Shown here piece by piece: positions 10,085 to 22,407 of a stretch of DNA of 64,000 bases. Made by a program: the position numbers and the translations under genes. The DNA lies in assembly GCA_042568285.1 (NCBI GenBank), contig JBHPIX010000002.1, forward strand, positions 783-64,782, written 5' to 3'. The notes under the pieces were generated by a model. It was not told the DNA's origin, did no database searches, and saw only the letters and a list, made by a program, of their open reading frames with translations. Within the stretch, counting starts at the first letter, position 1; each line of letters opens with the position of its first letter. This DNA is from Patescibacteria group bacterium. GTDB lineage: Bacteria; Patescibacteriota; Patescibacteriia; JAZDEU01.

Positions 10085-10098
10085 AGGAGGTAAACATA

Positions 10099-10866
10099 AT
10101 GATAAACGATATTTTATGCCTATCGCCAAAGGAAATGCCTGATTTAGTTTTACAAAAAATTTCACGCTTTGACGAAAAAACAGAACTGCCTGTTAGAAAA
10201 TTATCAGCAAAAGAAATCTTATACATTTTTAAATGTATGAACGGTTTTTGGACATACGCTTATCAATTAGCTAAAAATGGTAAGGTTGGCAAGCATGCTG
10301 AGTTAAAATCAAAACGTCACAGTGATGGATTTTTAAATTCAAAAATGGTTTTAAATTACCATAATCTCCGTTGGATAATAGCATGGCAACTCTTTCTGTT
10401 ATATAAACGACTAAATCTGACTATGCCTAATTATGTTGTTGGTGTTCCTACGGGAGCTAGTGAGTTAGGAAAGGATGTAGCGCAATTAATGCATGCTAAA
10501 AATGTTACTATGGAAAAGCAAAATGGCAAAATTAAACTTATTTCTTCTTTGGAAAAAGGCAAAACTGTACTTTTAGTGGAAGATTTTTGCACAAAAGGAA
10601 CTGGCTTCAAAGAAGCCGTTCATATACTAAAGCAGTCGGATCCTGAAGTTAATATTATCCCTTACGAATTAGTTGTCATAAATAGAGGTGGCTTAAAAAA
10701 AATAGAAGCCAACGCAACAGACAAATTTAAAATAACAGCTTTATCTGACCATCGAATAAACGACTGGCATCCTTCTGAATGCCCTTTATGTAAAATGGGC
10801 TCTATACCTATAAAACCTAAGGTTTCTAAAGAAAGTTGGATAGAACTCACCACTTCACAATTGTAA
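10099..10866 (+). CDS. Type I phosphoribosyltransferase, orotate-PRTase-like
   Basis: It has the PRPP-binding motif VLLVEDFCTKGTGF and an AAGGAGG RBS, and it sits immediately downstream of pyrF. Assigning it to pyrE is inference from context. Confidence 0.6.
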   Translation: MINDILCLSPKEMPDLVLQKISRFDEKTELPVRKLSAKEILYIFKCMNGFWTYAYQLAKNGKVGKHAELKSKRHSDGFLNSKMVLNYHNLRWIIAWQLFLLYKRLNLTMPNYVVGVPTGASELGKDVAQLMHAKNVTMEKQNGKIKLISSLEKGKTVLLVEDFCTKGTGFKEAVHILKQSDPEVNIIPYELVVINRGGLKKIEANATDKFKITALSDHRINDWHPSECPLCKMGSIPIKPKVSKESWIELTTSQL

Positions 10867-10902
10867 ATTTAAAATTAAGGAGGAAAAACTTTCAAACAAC
10901 AG

Positions 10903-10941
10903 CTCGGCAGTTTCACAAAAACGAAATTGCCGAGTTTTTTT
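10903..10941 (+). terminator. Rho-independent terminator after the PRTase gene
   Basis: Stem ctcggca (10903-10909) pairs with tgccgag (10928-10934), followed by a T7 run. Confidence 0.6.
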
Positions 10942-11013
10942 ATTAACAAAAAAACCGGGAGAAATTTAAAGTTTAAACTAAAACTTAAATTTCTCTCGGC
11001 GCAATTTAGAAGA

Positions 11014-11409
11014 CTAATTGCATAAAAAAGATCTAATAACATTCTTCAATTCCTGACATTCGAAAGGTTTTAATAATACCAGATTAATATTTTTTTTCAA
11101 TTGCCAATTATTTTCAATATCTTTAATAATTTTTCTGGAACCTGTCATTAAAATCGTAAAAAGACAAGAACAATTAAAACCATAATGCTTTCTAACCGCC
11201 TGAATCAACTGAAGACCATTTGTTTCAGCCTTTAAATCACAATCTGACAAAAGAATTATTTTTTTTATCTTTTCCTTCATTAAATCAGATATTAGATTAA
11301 ATCCTAAATCAGCGTTACAAGCTAAATGAACATTGCCCATGCTCTTTAAAATTTTTCCAATTCCATTTCGTAGACCTTCTTCATCATCTACTATAACTAT
11401 ATGTGGCAT
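11014..11409 (-). CDS. Stand-alone response-regulator receiver domain protein
   Basis: It has a CheY-like pattern: IVIVDDEEG, LLSDCDL, MTGS and LLKPF. Confidence 0.7.
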   Translation of the reverse strand: MPHIVIVDDEEGLRNGIGKILKSMGNVHLACNADLGFNLISDLMKEKIKKIILLSDCDLKAETNGLQLIQAVRKHYGFNCSCLFTILMTGSRKIIKDIENNWQLKKNINLVLLKPFECQELKNVIRSFLCN

Positions 11410-11474
11410 AATAAGCCCCCCTTCATACCATGTTGTTTATAAAATGTCCTTCTAAAAAAGGACTAATAATGAAC

Positions 11475-11506
11475 TGTTCTTCTGTTCTTCTGTTCTTCTG
11501 TTCTTC
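11475..11506. repeat. Tandem 8-bp repeat (tgttcttc x4)
   Basis: Four perfect direct copies are visible in the intergenic region upstream of the receiver gene. Confidence 0.9.
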
Positions 11507-11662
11507 TGTAAAAGAACAATTTTACACCTCTTACTTTCATAATATACTCTAAATATCTATTTTGTCAATACCTTGTTTTATTAAAAATTGTTTTTCCATT
11601 TTTATAATATTGTGCTATAATATATAAGAAGTGAATTAGTTGATTACAGATTGTCTAAGGAT

Positions 11663-11745
11663 TGTCATTCCGTGCTTGACACGGAATCCAGAAATTTTTA
11701 AATTTAACCTAAATAACTAGATTCCGCATCAAGTGCGGAATGACA
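11663..11745. repeat. Palindromic element (tgtcattccg ... gcggaatgaca family)
   Basis: The sequence is tgtcattccgtgcttgacacggaatcc ... gattccgcatcaagtgcggaatgaca, a double hairpin with a longer AT-rich spacer. Confidence 0.85.
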
Positions 11746-11802
11746 AAAGTGATTTTTTCTCAATTCTTAGACAGTAACTAATCCCTAATTAACTAATTAT
11801 AT

Positions 11803-12354
11803 ATGGCTCATATAACAGGGGGAAACGAGCTCCTTAATCCAGAAAATTTACTTAAAAAAGCAAAGATAGCTACAAGTATGCAGATAGCTGATTTTGGCTG
11901 TGGCGGACAAGGACAGTTTGTTTTAACTGCTTCAAAAATTATAGGAAACGGAGGCACAATATATGCTGTTGATATACTAAAAACAGTTTTGGAAGGTATA
12001 GAAAGCAAAGCTAAATCTCAAGGTCTCAAAAATATAAAAACAATTTGGACTAACTTGGAAATCTATAAAGCAACTAAAATTGAAGATGCTAAATTAGACC
12101 TAGGACTTTTAATAAACACTTTGTTCCAAAGTAAAAAACATTTAGAAATAATAAAAGAATGCGTAAGGATGATCAGACTGCAAGGAACTTTAATGGTTAT
12201 TGATTGGAAAAATATTCCATCAGCATTTGGGCCAGCGACAGTTGATAGAGTTAATCAAGACGCAATAAAAGCAATAGCCAACCAAATCAATCTCCAGCTT
12301 ATAGAAGAATTTGACGCAGGTCATTATCATTATGGACTTTTATTTAAAAAATAA
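11803..12354 (+). CDS. Class I SAM-dependent methyltransferase
   Basis: It has the motif I sequence IADFGCGGQGQF and a Rossmann-like downstream pattern. Confidence 0.65.
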   Translation: MAHITGGNELLNPENLLKKAKIATSMQIADFGCGGQGQFVLTASKIIGNGGTIYAVDILKTVLEGIESKAKSQGLKNIKTIWTNLEIYKATKIEDAKLDLGLLINTLFQSKKHLEIIKECVRMIRLQGTLMVIDWKNIPSAFGPATVDRVNQDAIKAIANQINLQLIEEFDAGHYHYGLLFKK

Positions 12355-12497
12355 TTCACATATTAAATTTTAGAAGAATTATTCATTTCAATAATCCGCG
12401 TCTGATCAGCGTAAAAGATCCGCACGCAGATCTGCGAGACTTAAATAAAACGATTTAAATTAAGATTATAAAAATTATTCTTCTATACTTTCTCCAT

Positions 12498-12893
12498 ATG
12501 AAACTATTTATCGCAATCTTATCTCTTTTATTCGGCATTATAATTGGAACGGCTATTACTACTTTTTTAATTGTTAAAAAAAGTCCGATGATACAAAATT
12601 TTTTATGTGTTAATTCTGAAGAACAAACTAATATAAATTCAGAATCTTTATCTGATTTTTTTAATACTATAAAAAACAATGACTCTGAAGAAACTACAAC
12701 AACAATACAAAAAGAAATCAAAGAAAACATAGAAAATATAGCGCAAGAGGGTGATGAAAATGAAATATTTACTAAAGCAGGACCAGGTGAATGTAAAACA
12801 GAAGATGAATGTTTAGAGTATTGCCTAAAATTAGAAAATTTAAAAGAATGCTTAGATTTCATTAAACAATATGGATTTGAACCGACGCAATGA
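12498..12893 (+). CDS. Hypothetical membrane-anchored small protein with a Cys-rich C-terminus
   Basis: It has an N-terminal TM helix (LFIAILSLLFGIIIGTAITTFLIV), an acidic linker and a CKTEDECLEYCLKLENLKEC tail. Its stop overlaps the next start. Confidence 0.45.
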   Translation: MKLFIAILSLLFGIIIGTAITTFLIVKKSPMIQNFLCVNSEEQTNINSESLSDFFNTIKNNDSEETTTTIQKEIKENIENIAQEGDENEIFTKAGPGECKTEDECLEYCLKLENLKECLDFIKQYGFEPTQ

Positions 12894-13528
12894 ATTATAT
12901 TCTAACAAATAATAAAAAAATAATAAATCATTATAAGCTATTGCGAAAAAAATATAAAAAGCCGCAAGAACAATGGTTTCTTTGGAGTAAAAATTCTAAA
13001 ACATTAAAAGAAAAAGAAGAAATAATTATTGGATCCATTTTAACGCAACAAACTAGTTGGAAAAATGTAGAAATTGCTATTAGCCAACTAAAAAATGCTG
13101 GAATAAATTCTATTGCCAGCATTTATGATTTAAGTAAAAAAGATAAAGCAAAATTATCAAAACTAATCAAACCATCTGGCTTTTACAATCAAAAAACTGA
13201 ATACCTTATAAACATTTGCAGTTTTATTATTAAAAAATATAAAACATTAAAAAAAATGTCAGACATACCATTTCTTCAGCTTCGCGAAGAACTCTTAAAC
13301 ATAAAAGGAATCGGCAAAGAAACTGCTGATTCCATTTTATTATACGCTATTGAAAAGCCAATATTCGTTATTGATGAATACACAAAACGATTTGTTAAAA
13401 AACATAAAATTGCAGATGAATATTCGTATGAATATTTGCGAAAACTATTTGAAACAAATCTGCCGAAAAATCACAAGCTATACCAAGACTTTCACGCGCT
13501 AATTGTTATAGATGGAAAGAAAAGTTAA
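12890..13528 (+). CDS. HhH-GPD superfamily base-excision DNA glycosylase (endonuclease III-like, no Fe-S motif seen)
   Basis: It has a helix-hairpin-helix (LLNIKGIGKETADSILLY) followed by the catalytic-Asp region VIDEYTKRF. Confidence 0.7.
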   Translation: MNYILTNNKKIINHYKLLRKKYKKPQEQWFLWSKNSKTLKEKEEIIIGSILTQQTSWKNVEIAISQLKNAGINSIASIYDLSKKDKAKLSKLIKPSGFYNQKTEYLINICSFIIKKYKTLKKMSDIPFLQLREELLNIKGIGKETADSILLYAIEKPIFVIDEYTKRFVKKHKIADEYSYEYLRKLFETNLPKNHKLYQDFHALIVIDGKKS

Positions 13529-13566
13529 TAAAAACTATATTCCAATATATCATTCCAAATTTACTT

Positions 13567-13626
13567 GTGTCATCCCGCACTTGATGCGGGATCCAGATAT
13601 AGATCCCGCATCAAGTGCGGGATGAC
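13567..13626. repeat. 60-bp double-hairpin palindromic element (canonical copy)
   Basis: The sequence is tgtcatcccgcacttgatgcgggatc-cagatata-gatcccgcatcaagtgcgggatgaca. Confidence 0.9.
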
Positions 13627-13663
13627 AAATTGAACTAATTAGTTACAATTTAATAAATTAAAA

Positions 13664-15778
<2,115 letters not shown>

Positions 15779-15929
15779 TTATTTCATACTTATATTGTAT
15801 CATACAAAAAACTATCTGTCATCTTGACAAATTCTGTATTTTGGTGTATGATTATAAATCCATTAAAAAAGGGAAAGGAGGATAGATCTTTACAATTTAA
15901 AACAATTTTTATAAGGAAAGGGAGTGGAA

Positions 15930-16427
15930 ATGAAATTTATTTTTGGAGTAAAAAAGTTAGAAATCATCAAAACAGCTGAATTTGCTGTAAAAATTTATGA
16001 AAATTTACCTTGCAATCGCAGTAACGAAAATCCCAAAAAGGGTGGAATTTTATCAATAAGAGATGAAATTAATTTTCCTAGTTTCATTGAGAAAATAGGA
16101 ACTTTTGCAAAATACAATTATAATAAATTTTTTAGTTTATCGCTAGAACAAAGCTGTAGACTAGGACTGAACGAAAATCATATAAGCAGTTTTCAAAGCG
16201 TAGATAAGCTGCAAAAAAACATGCCAGGGGCTGTTCGTTTTGATCATAAAATTCTTTCACTTGCAGGGTTTGCTCCATCAGTAAATGAATCTATAGTTCT
16301 TGTAATTGCTTTATTGCTTAGATGGGGGGATCTTGAGCAAGCTATCACTATTGCGAAATTAAGCAATAATAATTATTTTAATAAGCATTATGATAATGCT
16401 TATGATGCGATTCATACTAATAATTAA
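15930..16427 (+). CDS. Hypothetical protein
   Basis: The ORF has a GGAAAGGGAG RBS-like tract upstream of ATG 15930. No motif was recognised. Confidence 0.4.
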   Translation: MKFIFGVKKLEIIKTAEFAVKIYENLPCNRSNENPKKGGILSIRDEINFPSFIEKIGTFAKYNYNKFFSLSLEQSCRLGLNENHISSFQSVDKLQKNMPGAVRFDHKILSLAGFAPSVNESIVLVIALLLRWGDLEQAITIAKLSNNNYFNKHYDNAYDAIHTNN

Positions 16428-16447
16428 TTTTTCAGGGGGGGGAAACA

Positions 16448-16867
16448 ATGAAATTTTTTTCAGAAAGCAAAAATGATACAATAAATAGTATTTCAAAAAA
16501 AATTAATGCTTCAGAAGATTTGATCGTTCTACAAGCAATCTGCGACATTGGAATAATGGCATCTACTATCTGTAAAAAACAAGATATCGGGACACAGATT
16601 AAGGATGACTCTAAATTCTCTATTGACATAGAGTCTAGTATAGAGTTTAGTTCTGTAAATAGTTTGCTTCAGTTTACAAATAAAGTTAAAAAAATTCTGC
16701 AAACTCTAGAAAAAACTAAATGGAGCGAGGAAAAAGAAAACTTTCTGAACACAATAATTGTCATCGGAATAATCGCTGATGACAAATTAAACGCTCTTCG
16801 GAGTTGCGAAAAAAATGAAATTAAAAAATATATACCGCAACCATTGGGCAGTAAATATTACTGCTAA
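16448..16867 (+). CDS. Hypothetical protein
   Basis: The ORF is preceded by a G-rich RBS-like tract (gggggggg). No motif was recognised. Confidence 0.4.
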   Translation: MKFFSESKNDTINSISKKINASEDLIVLQAICDIGIMASTICKKQDIGTQIKDDSKFSIDIESSIEFSSVNSLLQFTNKVKKILQTLEKTKWSEEKENFLNTIIVIGIIADDKLNALRSCEKNEIKKYIPQPLGSKYYC

Positions 16868-16894
16868 AAATTAGCAATTAACAGTAAAAACCAC

Positions 16895-16937
16895 GGCGCA
16901 TAGAAAATCAACATTGATTGACTATGCGCCTTTTTTG
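16895..16937 (+). terminator. Rho-independent terminator
   Basis: Stem ggcgcatag (16895-16903) pairs with ctatgcgcc (16922-16930), followed by tttttt. Confidence 0.55.
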
Positions 16938-16958
16938 TATTATTTAATTTTCGATATT

Positions 16959-17130
16959 AGTTCCCCCTTTTATAAAGGGGGACAAGGGGGATTCTGTCTA
17001 AGTAAACATCCCCCCTGTCTCGACTGGCGCGAGCCAAGGCGGACTGTCCCCCCTCACAGAGGGGGGCACTAATGCCCAAATCCCTCACAATTCGTGTAGA
17101 TTCGTTCCTAAAATCGTGTTAATTCGTATA
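16959..17130. repeat. Cluster of GC-rich repeat modules
   Basis: It contains the cccccttttataaaggggg palindrome, cgagacagg/gtctcg-type words, cccctcacagagggggg, and the attcgtg module (caattcgtgtagattcgttcctaaaatcgtgttaattcgt). Related modules occur at 24284-24375, 28081-28147 and 49415-49597. Confidence 0.8.
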
Positions 17131-17174
17131 TTCCAATTTGCCTTTTCCACTATAATATCCTATAATTAAACTAT

Positions 17175-18077
17175 ATGAGAAATGATTTTAAATCTCCATA
17201 CCACGAATTAAGCGACGACAAACTAAACAGAGGTTACTGGTTTGTAAGCCATAAAATATTCTTAAAAAGATTAACTTATTTTATATTATTTTTTCTATTT
17301 TTTGTTTTAATCCTTTTTAATATCTATAGACTAATCAATTATTACACAACTGGTCAAAAAAAATACGAATATGAACTTCAAAAACTATATAGCCAACAAA
17401 TGGATTATGAGCGACTTAATAAAATAAGAGCTCCGCAGAATATACGGATGGGTGAAATAAAAATAATAAATAGTGGCAAAGAAATTGACGATAAAAATTA
17501 TAATCTAATCGCTAACATAGAAAATCCAAATAAAAAATTTAAAATAACATTTGATTATCAGTTCACAGCAAGCGGAAAACCTTTAAATAAATATTCATCA
17601 TTTATACTTCCTGGTCAAAAAAAAATCTTATTTGACTTTAAAAGCAATGTCCGTGGCGCTGAATCTATTAAAATAATATTAGACAATCTGAAATATAATA
17701 GAATTTCTCCAGAGATATCAAAAGATCCTGTTAGCTTTACAAATGAACATTTAATTTTTGATGTCCAAGATGTTAATCTTACTCAAATAGAAACAAAAAA
17801 TTCTTTTTCAAAAATAACATTTAATTTAACTAACAATACAGCTTATAATTATTGGGAGCCTGGGATAAATGTTATTTTATATAAAAATAAAACAATAATA
17901 GGAGTTGACTACATATTACTTAAAGAATTGCGTTCTGGAGAAACAATCCCGTTGTCTGTTAATTGGTATAATCAATTACCTTCTACAATAAAACTTTCAG
18001 TGATTCCTAATATAGATATTTTTAATCCAAACGGATATATAGATTTTACTGGCGAACAGGAAGGAATAGGGAGATAG
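17175..18077 (+). CDS. Hypothetical N-terminally anchored membrane protein
   Basis: It has a single TM helix (LTYFILFFLFFVLILFNIY) followed by a ~240-aa extracytoplasmic region. No motif was recognised. Confidence 0.45.
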   Translation: MRNDFKSPYHELSDDKLNRGYWFVSHKIFLKRLTYFILFFLFFVLILFNIYRLINYYTTGQKKYEYELQKLYSQQMDYERLNKIRAPQNIRMGEIKIINSGKEIDDKNYNLIANIENPNKKFKITFDYQFTASGKPLNKYSSFILPGQKKILFDFKSNVRGAESIKIILDNLKYNRISPEISKDPVSFTNEHLIFDVQDVNLTQIETKNSFSKITFNLTNNTAYNYWEPGINVILYKNKTIIGVDYILLKELRSGETIPLSVNWYNQLPSTIKLSVIPNIDIFNPNGYIDFTGEQEGIGR

Positions 18078-18207
18078 GGACAAATTTCTAATTTCTAATT
18101 TCTAATTTTCAATCAATTTCCAATTACTAAATTTTCAAACAGAGCCGTTTGGAAATTAAAAATTGATTATTCAATGAAAATTAAAAATTGAAATTACTAT
18201 TTGATAT

Positions 18208-19305
18208 ATGTTTCTCAAAAAAACATTCTTTCATTTAAAAAAATTTGATTGGATAACGTTCATAATCGTTATTTTTTTTATATCGTTGGGAATTATGGCA
18301 ATTTATGGTATTTCTCTAAGTAGCGGCGAGGTAGTTTTAAGTAACTTTAAAAAACAAATTATATTCGCGTGCGCAGGATTAGCAATAATATTTTTAATAA
18401 CTATTTTAGATTATAAATTGCTAAAAAACTATTCTTACTTTATTTATGGAATAGCCGTAATATTGTTAATAGCAGTTTTAATGGTGGGTAAAGTTATTAG
18501 AGGGACTAAAGGATGGTTCACTATTTACGGCTTTGGGTTCCAACCAGTAGAATTTGCAAAAATTGCTCTAATACTAATTTTAGCTAAATTTTTTAGTAAA
18601 AAAACTTATGAATCAAAACAATTTAAAACAATACTAAAAAGTGGGCTAATAACTTTACTAGTAATACTCCCTACAATGCTTCAACCTGATATGGGATCTG
18701 TGTTTATTTTATTTATGATTTGGTTTGGAATGATTTTAATGTTTGGCATTAAAAAAAGACATTTTTTTATGATAGGAATTATGATTATCATTGTGGCAAT
18801 ATGTTCGTGGATATTCCTTCTTAAGAATTACCAAAAAGACAGAATATACACATTTTTAAGCCCTGAAAATGATCCTCTAGGGAAAGGATATAACATTACA
18901 CAATCAATAATTGCGATCGGATCAGGTAAATTACTTGGGAAAGGATTGGCTTTTGGATCGCAAAGCCAATTAAAATTTCTTCCTGAAACAAAAACGGATT
19001 TTATTTTCTCAGTTATTTCAGAAGAGCTAGGATTTATTATAGCTATGTTAATTTTTCTTGGATGGGCAATTCTTTTCTATCGTCTATGTTCATTAGCAAA
19101 AAAAACTAAAAATAATTTCGCTTATTTTCTTGTTATAGGATTTTCTATATTTCTCTTTTTACATCTATTTGTAAATATTGGTGTAAGTATAGGAATATTG
19201 CCTGTAACAGGAATCCCTCTACCATTTATGAGTTATGGCGGAAGTTTCTTGCTTACATGCCTATTATCAATAGGAATTATAGAGAGCATTGCAGTGAGAA
19301 CTTAA
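18208..19305 (+). CDS. SEDS-family peptidoglycan glycosyltransferase (FtsW/RodA)
   Basis: It is multi-pass, with typical SEDS motifs: QPVEFAKI, LQPDMGS, TDFIFSVISEELG and PLPFMSYGGS. Confidence 0.85.
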   Translation: MFLKKTFFHLKKFDWITFIIVIFFISLGIMAIYGISLSSGEVVLSNFKKQIIFACAGLAIIFLITILDYKLLKNYSYFIYGIAVILLIAVLMVGKVIRGTKGWFTIYGFGFQPVEFAKIALILILAKFFSKKTYESKQFKTILKSGLITLLVILPTMLQPDMGSVFILFMIWFGMILMFGIKKRHFFMIGIMIIIVAICSWIFLLKNYQKDRIYTFLSPENDPLGKGYNITQSIIAIGSGKLLGKGLAFGSQSQLKFLPETKTDFIFSVISEELGFIIAMLIFLGWAILFYRLCSLAKKTKNNFAYFLVIGFSIFLFLHLFVNIGVSIGILPVTGIPLPFMSYGGSFLLTCLLSIGIIESIAVRT

Positions 19306-19339
19306 TTCTCCAACTCCCAAAACGGAAGAAAAAAACTTT

Positions 19340-19431
19340 TGTCATCCCGCAATCCCGCCCTGCGGGATATGCGGGATCCAGCAATTACTACTTTCTTTAT
19401 TTCTGGATCCCGTGTCAAGCACGGGATGACA
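19340..19431. repeat. Palindromic element (tgtcatcccg ... cgggatgaca family)
   Basis: The sequence runs tgtcatcccgcaatcccgccctgcgggatatgcgggatcc ... ggatcccgtgtcaagcacgggatgaca. It lies between convergent genes. Confidence 0.85.
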
Positions 19432-19463
19432 ATTTTGAGACAACCTGAAGAGGGAGTGAACCA

Positions 19464-20183
19464 CTATTTCTCCCCCACAATTATAAGGTTATTTCCTTTT
19501 GTCCATCTGACTTTTTGTCCATTCTGTTCATAATAACATTCTTTGACTTTAAAACGCGCTTTTTTAAACAATGTTTTAATGCCAAATTTCGTAAAAGCAT
19601 GGTGATAACGTTCTTTGCCTTTTCCGCTAAATGATTTTAACATTATATCGCCAAAATCTAAACCGTTAAATTTTATTGCAGAGCTAAATATATTTTTTCT
19701 ATAACGAGGTTGATATAAATTCCAATTTGACATAATTAAAATTCCATTGGTCTTTAAAACTCTTCGCATTTCTGTAATAGCTTTATATCGCAATTGCCTT
19801 GAAGGTATATGATGTAAAACAGCGACACATAGCAAAACATCAAATTGACTATCTTTAAACGGTAAATTAAGAATATCGCCAGTAATAAATTTGAAATTAT
19901 TATTTTCAGTAAGCGCAGAAGAATTAGTTGCCTGAGCCTGATCAATTAACTTATCGCTATTATCAATGCCAATATATTCCACATCTTTATTTTTTAATAA
20001 TTGCAATGTCCTTCCATTGCCACAACCAACATCTAATAGCTTATCTCCATTTTTTACATATTTTTCTGATAGGACAATAATTTCTTTCCAATTATAAGCC
20101 CGCGTTTTAGAAAATTCCTCAGCGCAAAAGTTGTAATTCTCTTTAACTTGATGTAAAATATTTCTAACAATTTCTTTTTGCAT
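19464..20183 (-). CDS. Class I SAM-dependent methyltransferase
   Basis: It has motif I (LLDVGCGNGR) and later FDVLLCVAVLHH. Confidence 0.7.
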   Translation of the reverse strand: MQKEIVRNILHQVKENYNFCAEEFSKTRAYNWKEIIVLSEKYVKNGDKLLDVGCGNGRTLQLLKNKDVEYIGIDNSDKLIDQAQATNSSALTENNNFKFITGDILNLPFKDSQFDVLLCVAVLHHIPSRQLRYKAITEMRRVLKTNGILIMSNWNLYQPRYRKNIFSSAIKFNGLDFGDIMLKSFSGKGKERYHHAFTKFGIKTLFKKARFKVKECYYEQNGQKVRWTKGNNLIIVGEK

Positions 20184-20239
20184 AATTTTGCATGCCTCCC
20201 CCCTTTAGAAGGGGGGACTAAGGGGGGTATTAACTATAT

Positions 20240-21850
20240 ATGATCCCATTTCTCTTAAAACTTAATCCAAAAACTCATAACGACTTGTCACAAGCAAAGC
20301 GGAAATTAGCGTCTAATTTTAATTCGCCTATTTTTACAAATTCAGAACTACTTGAAAAATACCATAAATATCTAAAAAATACAAATACAAAACCTAACTT
20401 AATTCTACTTTCACTCTTAAAAAGACGGCAAGTTAGAACAGGCTCAGGAGTAGCTCCAGTAGCTATTTTAACTAAACCATATCCATGTCCTGGCAAATGT
20501 ATTTATTGCCCAAACGAAAAACAGATGCCTAAAAGCTATTTATCAAATGAACCTGCTGTAATGCGAGCTATTCTAAATAAATTCAATCCTTATAAACAAA
20601 TACAATCACGACTATTGGCATTAGAAGCTAATGGACATAATACTGATAAAATAGAACTAATAATAATGGGCGGAACATGGTCTTGCCTTCCTAAAAGTTA
20701 CCAGTTGAATTATATTATAAAATGTTTTAAAGCATGTAATGAGTTTGGCAACACGCACATACCCACATCTAATATGCCCGCCGAGTCGGCGGGGCAATAC
20801 CTTAAAAAACTCCAAAAACAAAACGAAAATGTAAAACATAGAATTGTAGGACTTACTTTAGAAACTAGACCAGACTTTATAAATATAGAAGAAATAAAAA
20901 GGATGCGCGAATTCGGATGCACAAGAGTTGAATTAGGCGTTCAGGCAATTGATGACAAAATTTTATCTTTAAATAAACGAGGGCATAGAATAAAAGAAAC
21001 AATTAATGCCACTAAATTATTAAGACAAGCTGGATTTAAAATATGCTACCACTTAATGCTTAATTTGCCTGGTTCCAATCCAAGTAAAGATTTAAAAATG
21101 TTTAAAGAAATATTCTCCAACCAAAATTATCAACCAGATTTAATAAAAATTTATCCATGTGTAGTTACAAAAAATGCTCCGTTATATAACTGGGTTAAAC
21201 AAGGCAACTATATTCCTTACAGTCCTAAAATACTTACCGAACTTATCATTAAAATAAAACTAATAATTCCTTCTTACGTAAGAGTAATTAGGGTTATAAG
21301 AGACATTCCAACAACTTCTGTAATATCTGGCAACAAAATTTCAAACCTTCGGGAAAATACGCATAAAATAATGGCAAAGAGAGGTCTTCACTGTCAATGT
21401 ATAAGGTGTAGAGAAATAGGAAAATTCAAAATTCAAAATTCAAAATTCAAAATTAAAAATTATGAGACATCTTCGGGCGAAGAATATTTTTTATCTTATG
21501 AAGATTTAAAACAAAATAAATTATTAGCATTCTTGAGACTTCAAATCCCTTCAAATGATACTTTAACAGAAAATAAAAGTATATATAAATACTTTCCTTG
21601 CTTAAAAAATTCCGCAATTATTCGCGAAGTCCACACTTACGGGACATTAGTGCCAATCAATAAACGACTCAAAAGAGCTACTCAGCATATTGGATTTGGA
21701 AAAAAACTAATTAAAAAAGCCGAAAAAATCGCATTTAAAAAGGGGTATAACAAAATTGTTGTTATTGCGGGTGTTGGGGTAAGGGAGTATTATAAAAAAT
21801 TAGGGTATAAAACTCAAAACACATATATGGTTAAAAATTTGTCCTTGTAA
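20240..21850 (+). CDS. Elp3-like radical-SAM / GNAT acetyltransferase
   Basis: It has a Cys-rich radical-SAM region (CPGKCIYCPNE), ELIIMGGTWS and LETRPDFI, then a C-terminal GNAT-like segment (HIGFGKKLIKKAEKIA). Confidence 0.75.
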   Translation: MIPFLLKLNPKTHNDLSQAKRKLASNFNSPIFTNSELLEKYHKYLKNTNTKPNLILLSLLKRRQVRTGSGVAPVAILTKPYPCPGKCIYCPNEKQMPKSYLSNEPAVMRAILNKFNPYKQIQSRLLALEANGHNTDKIELIIMGGTWSCLPKSYQLNYIIKCFKACNEFGNTHIPTSNMPAESAGQYLKKLQKQNENVKHRIVGLTLETRPDFINIEEIKRMREFGCTRVELGVQAIDDKILSLNKRGHRIKETINATKLLRQAGFKICYHLMLNLPGSNPSKDLKMFKEIFSNQNYQPDLIKIYPCVVTKNAPLYNWVKQGNYIPYSPKILTELIIKIKLIIPSYVRVIRVIRDIPTTSVISGNKISNLRENTHKIMAKRGLHCQCIRCREIGKFKIQNSKFKIKNYETSSGEEYFLSYEDLKQNKLLAFLRLQIPSNDTLTENKSIYKYFPCLKNSAIIREVHTYGTLVPINKRLKRATQHIGFGKKLIKKAEKIAFKKGYNKIVVIAGVGVREYYKKLGYKTQNTYMVKNLSL

Positions 21851-22005
21851 AAACTTTTTTTTTATGATACTATATTAAATAATAGACCTGTTGCTTAATA
21901 ACTTATCCGCCCTATTAGCGGATTAGCATTGAATTATTGATCAACAGGTTTATTATTACTAACTTACTGGCTCAAAAAACGCCATAAATTTATAATATAA
22001 AAAAT

Positions 22006-22395
22006 ATGACTGAAAAAAGAAAAAAAATTCTGATCATTGAAGACGACCAAATTTTAGCTGATATGTATGGGCTAAAGTTTAAAAAAGATGGGTATGAAGT
22101 TTTAATTACAGAAAATGGAGCAGATGGATTAAATTTAGCAAAAACTAAAAAACCAACTGTAATTTTGTTAGATATAATACTGCCTCAATTAGATGGGTTT
22201 TCTATCTTAGCTGAGCTTAAAAAAAATGCGACAACAAAAAAGATACCTGTAATTCTATTAACTAATTTAGGACAAGGCGGTGATCTAGAAAAAGGTAAAA
22301 ATTTAGGCGCAGATGGATATTTAACAAAAGCTAATACTACACCAGATGAAATAATGAAACAAATAAAAAATATATTAGAAAATAGGGAGAAATAA
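22006..22395 (+). CDS. Stand-alone response-regulator receiver domain protein
   Basis: It has a CheY-like pattern: ILIIEDDQ, VILLDIILPQLDG, LLTNLG and GYLTKA. Confidence 0.8.
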   Translation: MTEKRKKILIIEDDQILADMYGLKFKKDGYEVLITENGADGLNLAKTKKPTVILLDIILPQLDGFSILAELKKNATTKKIPVILLTNLGQGGDLEKGKNLGADGYLTKANTTPDEIMKQIKNILENREK

Positions 22396-22407
22396 TTTAT
22401 AAAAACT

